A stretch of 64,000 nucleotides of DNA from Gammaproteobacteria bacterium (GTDB lineage Bacteria; Pseudomonadota; Gammaproteobacteria; Ga0077536): assembly GCA_963662545.2 (NCBI GenBank), contig CAXXLL010000003.1, positions 2,336,001 through 2,400,000 of the forward strand, written 5' to 3'. Both the position numbers and the translations under genes were made by a program. A model generated the notes under the pieces. That model saw nothing but the letters and a program-made list of their open reading frames with translations, was not told where the DNA came from and did no database searches. Positions 59,243 through 64,000 of the stretch are shown piece by piece (position 1 is the first letter of the stretch; the number at the start of each line of letters is the position of its first letter).

Positions 59243-60622
59243 TCACCTCGCGGTCGATTGTCGCGCGCGGATGGCGTCTACCGCGCGCACGCCGAGCGTA
59301 CCCAGGGCCAACGAAAAGACCGGTATGAAACAGATCGAGTAACGCGGGATGCTGACCGACACGCCCGCGTAGAGCGCCAGCATGAACCAGGCCGGCGCGC
59401 TCACGAGCGCGAGCAGCCGCCATTCGCCGCGGCGGTGGAGCATTACGACCATGAATGCGGTGAGTCCGGCGACGCCCCACAGCTTCGCGACAAAAACCCC
59501 ACGCCACGCGAGCGCGACCGTCACTAACGCGTGCTTGACCGGATGCCCGAAGACTTCCTCCACGAGCAGCGTCGTCGTGACGTCGCCGTCCGGTCCGACC
59601 CGGTCGGCGACCTCCCCGTACAAGTCGACGCCGCTGCTCGAATAGCTTTCGGGTCCGAAATCGAGCCTGGCAATTGACTCGGCCGGGAACAGGCGCCTGG
59701 CGACGGTATCGCCGAAATCCGGAAACCAGTAGACGAAAGCTGCGCCGAATTCGAGCGCGCTCATGCGATTGTAGGCAACCCGCTGCGCCAGCGTATAACC
59801 GGCATAAGAATCGGTCAGGGCCGCGTCACCGAACGTAGCGCGATTGCGCACGAGCCACGGACCGACCACGATCGTGCCGGCGAGGATCGCAATGACGCCC
59901 AGGCGCCACGACACCGTAGACCTTAACGCGAGCACGAGCGCGACTACGACCAGTGCATAAGCAAGGTAAACGAATTCTGGACGCGTCATGGTCAAGAGCC
60001 CCACCGACAAGCCGAGCATGATGTACCAGCGTAAGGCGCCGCGGGCCGCCATGCAGAGAGAGACAGTCAGCAGCGCGCACAGCAGGATCGAAAGGTTTTC
60101 GGTCAACAACGCATTGGCGTAATAACTGAACTGTCCGGAAAGAGCGGCGCACAGCGCCGAAGCCCACGCCCCGGCGGCTCCACCCGCCACGATCCCGCCC
60201 GCGAACCAGATCAACGCGAGAGCGGCGACCGCTATCGCCGCCTGCACGGCCCTCACCCCGTCGAACGAATACAAGCAATCGGAATCACCGGGGAGCAGGA
60301 AACACCTCAATTGCTCCGGGGGCGGTTCACCGAGATGGAATACCCCGGCGAGAAAAGCCGGATAGAGTGGCGTATTGGCGCGCGCAGGCAGCGGTGCTGC
60401 CGCATTCCCCGGCCGGGATAAGCCGAAGACGCCGTGCTGGTACAGGTTGAGAGCGTAGTCCAGGTAACGCACCGCGTCGAAACGCGGTTCCTGCCAGCGC
60501 TCGAAGACGTACTGACTCGTCACCTGGACGGTGAAGGCAACGATTAGAAACACGGCCCACTGGACGCCGCCGGGTCGAAAGCCGCGCGACGCCGAGTCTG
60601 TCCCGTTGCCCCCTACGGCCAC
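59243..60622 (-). CDS. ArnT/PMT-like GT-C glycosyltransferase
   Basis: DAVRY, PLYPAFLA, LLTENL, TRPE, PWLVRN, PRY; start codon uncertain. Confidence 0.75.
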   Translation of the reverse strand: MAVGGNGTDSASRGFRPGGVQWAVFLIVAFTVQVTSQYVFERWQEPRFDAVRYLDYALNLYQHGVFGLSRPGNAAAPLPARANTPLYPAFLAGVFHLGEPPPEQLRCFLLPGDSDCLYSFDGVRAVQAAIAVAALALIWFAGGIVAGGAAGAWASALCAALSGQFSYYANALLTENLSILLCALLTVSLCMAARGALRWYIMLGLSVGLLTMTRPEFVYLAYALVVVALVLALRSTVSWRLGVIAILAGTIVVGPWLVRNRATFGDAALTDSYAGYTLAQRVAYNRMSALEFGAAFVYWFPDFGDTVARRLFPAESIARLDFGPESYSSSGVDLYGEVADRVGPDGDVTTTLLVEEVFGHPVKHALVTVALAWRGVFVAKLWGVAGLTAFMVVMLHRRGEWRLLALVSAPAWFMLALYAGVSVSIPRYSICFIPVFSLALGTLGVRAVDAIRARQSTAR

Positions 60623-60650
60623 GCTCCGATGATGCCCGCTACTCAGCGGC

Positions 60651-61682
60651 TCAATCCCAATGCGCGTGCTTGCCCAGCAGCCGCCGCAACGGCACCGTCG
60701 GTTCGTTGTTGATATCGAAGTGAATCGCCGACAACAGCATCTGCACGCCGACGATGACGGGCAGCGCCGCGAGCATGACCGTGCCGGCGGTGGCAGCCAC
60801 GCTGGTGCGGATGCTCTCCAACCACTCCGTCGCGCCGAAGTAGATACCGAACGCCAGCATGGCCGGCCCGAGCAGCCATTCAACCGAGGCAACACTGAAT
60901 CCGCGCAGGAAATAATTGTAGAAAAGGCGCTTGAGGAAGTTGATCCCGTGCCGAAACGCGAATGTGACCATCGCGCGACGCAATCGAATGCCGCTGTGCT
61001 CATCGCCGTAGCGCGCGTGCATCGGGATGTCGAGAACCACGGCGCGCAGCGTGTTCAGGCGGAACAGCATGTCCGATTCGAAAAAATAGCCGTCGTCGAC
61101 GTCGTCGAGCGGCATGAGTTCGAGCACCTGCGCGTCGATCGCGGTGAATCCATTGTTTGGATCGAACAACTGCCAGTATCCCGTGGAGAGTTTACTGACG
61201 AAGGACAGTGCGGTGTTGCCGATGAGTCTCGCCAGCGGCATCGAGCCGATCCCGCTGAGGCGATAGAAACGGTTGCCCTTGGTGTAATCGGCAACATCGG
61301 AGAGGATGGGATTGAGCAGGTGGGGGATCTCGGCCGGGTCCATCTGCCCGTCGCCGTCGAGCTTGACGATGATCTCCATGCCGTCGGCGAGCGCCGCACG
61401 GTAACCCGATTTCATGGCCGCGCCGACGCCGCGGTTGTGCTCGTGGTAGAGGACGCGGACGCGCTGGTCTTCGACCTTATCCTCGATGTATCGACCGGTG
61501 CCATCGGGGCAGCCGTCGTCCACGCAATAAATCCGGGTAACCTCTTCTGGCATGGCGCTCAACACCTCGAGTATGGAGGCGCGTTCGCGATGACAGGGGA
61601 TGACGACGCCGACGGCGGCCTGGCGCGGGCTGGCGTCGGCCTGGCGGCTTGGAAACCTGACAGCTTTTGCCTGCGATATCAT
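60651..61682 (-). CDS. GT2 glycosyltransferase (polyprenol-phosphate sugar synthase-like)
   Basis: VVIPC, VDDGCPD, NRGVG, LDGDGQMDP, KGNRF, C-terminal TMs. Confidence 0.9.
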   Translation of the reverse strand: MISQAKAVRFPSRQADASPRQAAVGVVIPCHRERASILEVLSAMPEEVTRIYCVDDGCPDGTGRYIEDKVEDQRVRVLYHEHNRGVGAAMKSGYRAALADGMEIIVKLDGDGQMDPAEIPHLLNPILSDVADYTKGNRFYRLSGIGSMPLARLIGNTALSFVSKLSTGYWQLFDPNNGFTAIDAQVLELMPLDDVDDGYFFESDMLFRLNTLRAVVLDIPMHARYGDEHSGIRLRRAMVTFAFRHGINFLKRLFYNYFLRGFSVASVEWLLGPAMLAFGIYFGATEWLESIRTSVAATAGTVMLAALPVIVGVQMLLSAIHFDINNEPTVPLRRLLGKHAHWD

Positions 61683-61951
61683 GGCTCGGACTAGCGTGGT
61701 TCAGCACAGGTGCGGCGCTGACACGCGCTCTTGGTTGCGGTGCGGCGGGCGCATGCAACGATAGCATGAATCGCCGCACAGCAAGTAGATTGCCGCGACC
61801 ATTCCCCAACCAGTGATCGCCGAGGAACGACTATTTTTTTACAGCATCACACAGAGGGTACTCCAAAATATTAGTACGATTACTTTGTGTTTGCGTAATC
61901 ATTTTTTGTGTTTCTGGACGTGCATGAGCTAGCTGGTATTTCTCGCCGCGG

Positions 61952-63037
61952 TCAATAGACGATGACGCCGCGCGCGTTGACGCCTTTCTCGAGATCCTCG
62001 AAGGCCTGCGGTGCCTCGTCGAGCGAGTAGGTGCGCGTGATCAATCGGTCCAGGTCCAGCTTCTTCTGACGGTACAGATCCAGGTACAGGGGGAAATCGA
62101 CCTTGAAATTGGCACTGCCGTACATGCAGCCCTTGATCGTCTTAGCGGTGAAGGGAACGATCATCGCGTTGAACGAAAAACGATCGTCTGTGCGGCCGAC
62201 GCCGACCAGCACCGTCATGCCGTTCATGCGTGTCGATTTGAAGCACTGTTCGACCAGTTTGCCGCTGCCGACCACTTCAAATGCGTAATCGACGCCGATG
62301 CCGCCGGTCAGGCCCAGGATCTCTTTGAAGGCATCGCCTTCCCCGGGTGCGACCGTATCCGTGGCCCCGAAGAGCCTGGCCAGTTCCAGCTTCTCGGTCG
62401 AGAGATCGACGGCGATGATCTGCGCCGCGCCCGCGATCCGTGCGCCCTGGATCACATTGAGGCCGACTCCGCCGCAGCCGAACACCGCGACGGTCGAGCC
62501 CGTCTTGACTTCCGCGGTCTTGATCGCAGCGCCGACGCCGGTGGTCACGCCGCAGCCGACCAGCGCGGCCGCCTTGAAATCATAGGACTTGTCGATCGCG
62601 ACGACGCAGACCGACGGCACCACGCAGTATTCCGCCATGTTGCCGAGAAAGGACATGACCGCGATTTCCTCACCATTCAAGCGCACCCGGCTCGTGCCGT
62701 CCATCAAACCACCGTGCGGCTTATTCTTCTGGCACAGATGCGGTTCGCTTCGATTACAAAAAAAGCAATCGCCGCAGTTCGGCACGAATGAGAGCACGAC
62801 GTGATCGCCCGGCGCGACGTTCGTGACGCCTTCGCCCACCTCCTCAACGATGCCGGCGCCCTCGTGGCCCAGCACCGAAGGCAGCTTCCAGCGGATCGTG
62901 CCGTTGATGATCGAGAGATCGGAACGACAGATACCGGTCGCCTGCATCTTCACCAAGACCTCGCCCGCCTTGGGCGCATCCAAGTCTACGTCCACCACTG
63001 AAAAATCATCGATTGCGTGTGCCACTACTGCCTTCAT
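61952..63037 (-). CDS. Zn-dependent alcohol dehydrogenase
   Basis: GICRSD, GHEGAG, C..C..C.....C, GCGVTTG, GCGGVG. Confidence 0.92.
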   Translation of the reverse strand: MKAVVAHAIDDFSVVDVDLDAPKAGEVLVKMQATGICRSDLSIINGTIRWKLPSVLGHEGAGIVEEVGEGVTNVAPGDHVVLSFVPNCGDCFFCNRSEPHLCQKNKPHGGLMDGTSRVRLNGEEIAVMSFLGNMAEYCVVPSVCVVAIDKSYDFKAAALVGCGVTTGVGAAIKTAEVKTGSTVAVFGCGGVGLNVIQGARIAGAAQIIAVDLSTEKLELARLFGATDTVAPGEGDAFKEILGLTGGIGVDYAFEVVGSGKLVEQCFKSTRMNGMTVLVGVGRTDDRFSFNAMIVPFTAKTIKGCMYGSANFKVDFPLYLDLYRQKKLDLDRLITRTYSLDEAPQAFEDLEKGVNARGVIVY

Positions 63038-63214
63038 GAGGGCCGATCTCCCGAAATTCATGCCAAAATTTTGTAAGGGCGCGAGGTTACCATTTCTGGC
63101 CTCGATTTGGGTCCCCAGGAGGCCACTGCCTGCGCGCGTCTCATGATGCATTCAACCGCCCGGATCTGATAGGCTTCGGGGCTGTCACCTGCCAATTAAG
63201 GGCGAGCTAGGCCA

Positions 63215-64000
63215 ATGGAATACCGGATCAAGCAACTCCTTGCTGCACTCTTCTCAATCGTCATATTCGCAAGCGCCTCCGCGGAACTGAAACCTGAGGT
63301 CACGAAGGCCGCAACCCTGCCGGACAAGCCGGGCGCCCACTGGTTCTGGGTCAACGATATAGTCTTCAATCACATGGAAGCCGGCAAAGCGTTTCTAATC
63401 GACGGCGACAGCGGGCAGATGCTCGGCATGCTGAGCGTCGGCTACTTCTTCGCATCGCTGATCCTGCCGTCGGATTACGGCACGATTTATTCGCCCGAGA
63501 TCTATTACACGCGGGGAACCCGCGGTAAGCGCGAAGACATCGTCGCCTACTATGATCCGAAAAACCTGTCACTGCTCCACGAGATCGACATTCCGCCAAA
63601 GAAATCGAGTTCGGTCTCACTCGTCGGCCACGCCAACCTGACCAGCGACGACCGCTTTTTTGCGGTCTACAACTTCACGCCCGCGCAATCCATCTCTCTG
63701 GTCGACATCGAGGCCCGGAAATTCCTCGCCGAAGTTGAAACACCGGGTTGCGCCCAGGTTTATTCGGCGGGGCCGCGTGCTTTCAACATGGTCTGCGGCG
63801 ACGGCACCATGTTGACACTCAAGCTCGATGACGACGGCAAGGTGACGGCGACTGAACAAAGCAAAAAGTTCTACGAGCCCCAGGGCGACACCATCGACGA
63901 CAAGGTCGCCCGGGTCGGCGACACCTGGTATTTCTTCACCATGGAGGGCATCGTCAAGCCCATTGACATGGCCGGTGGCAATCCGAAATTCGAAGAGGAA
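63215..64000 (+). CDS. Amine dehydrogenase heavy chain (MauB/AauB family), 3'-truncated by the window edge
   Basis: Manual translation: signal peptide, HWFWVND, IDGDSGQMLGMLS.G, YYTRGTRGKRED, EIDIPPK, VYNFTPAQSI, TPGC, CGDG; absent from ORF track. Confidence 0.85.
   Translation, partial: MEYRIKQLLAALFSIVIFASASAELKPEVTKAATLPDKPGAHWFWVNDIVFNHMEAGKAFLIDGDSGQMLGMLSVGYFFASLILPSDYGTIYSPEIYYTRGTRGKREDIVAYYDPKNLSLLHEIDIPPKKSSSVSLVGHANLTSDDRFFAVYNFTPAQSISLVDIEARKFLAEVETPGCAQVYSAGPRAFNMVCGDGTMLTLKLDDDGKVTATEQSKKFYEPQGDTIDDKVARVGDTWYFFTMEGIVKPIDMAGGNPKFEEE

Overview
GC-rich bacterial chromosomal window, most consistent with a gammaproteobacterium (mltF, phaC class I, fimT-pilVWXY1E). From left to right: the tail of a probable island (defective IS21, att-like junction) abutting tRNA-Ser(CGA); a 3x176-bp array of interrupted 5' half-tRNA-Ser copies; housekeeping genes (mltF, Sel1, HDOD, phaC, lpdA, C13 peptidase, yidD, NUDIX); a mycobacterial-type polyprenyl-phospho-arabinose cassette (GT-C, ubiA, dprE1, dprE2); a PAS-GGDEF-EAL gene; an MSHA-like type IV filament cluster with a 1459-aa pilin-anchored adhesin, HDOD and diguanylate cyclase genes, a RAYT transposase with REP-like ends, and a second pilin destroyed by IS256; tRNA-Arg(ACG) flanked by interrupted copies; a canonical minor-pilin operon; a surface-glycan modification cluster; a Zn alcohol dehydrogenase; and the start of an amine dehydrogenase heavy chain. 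The most striking unexplained signal is a family of at least 8 small (about 72-86 bp) four-hairpin elements. They insert after ATT without target duplication into tRNA anticodon/T loops, into a MITE and into each other. All calls come from reading the sequence; no database searches were run.
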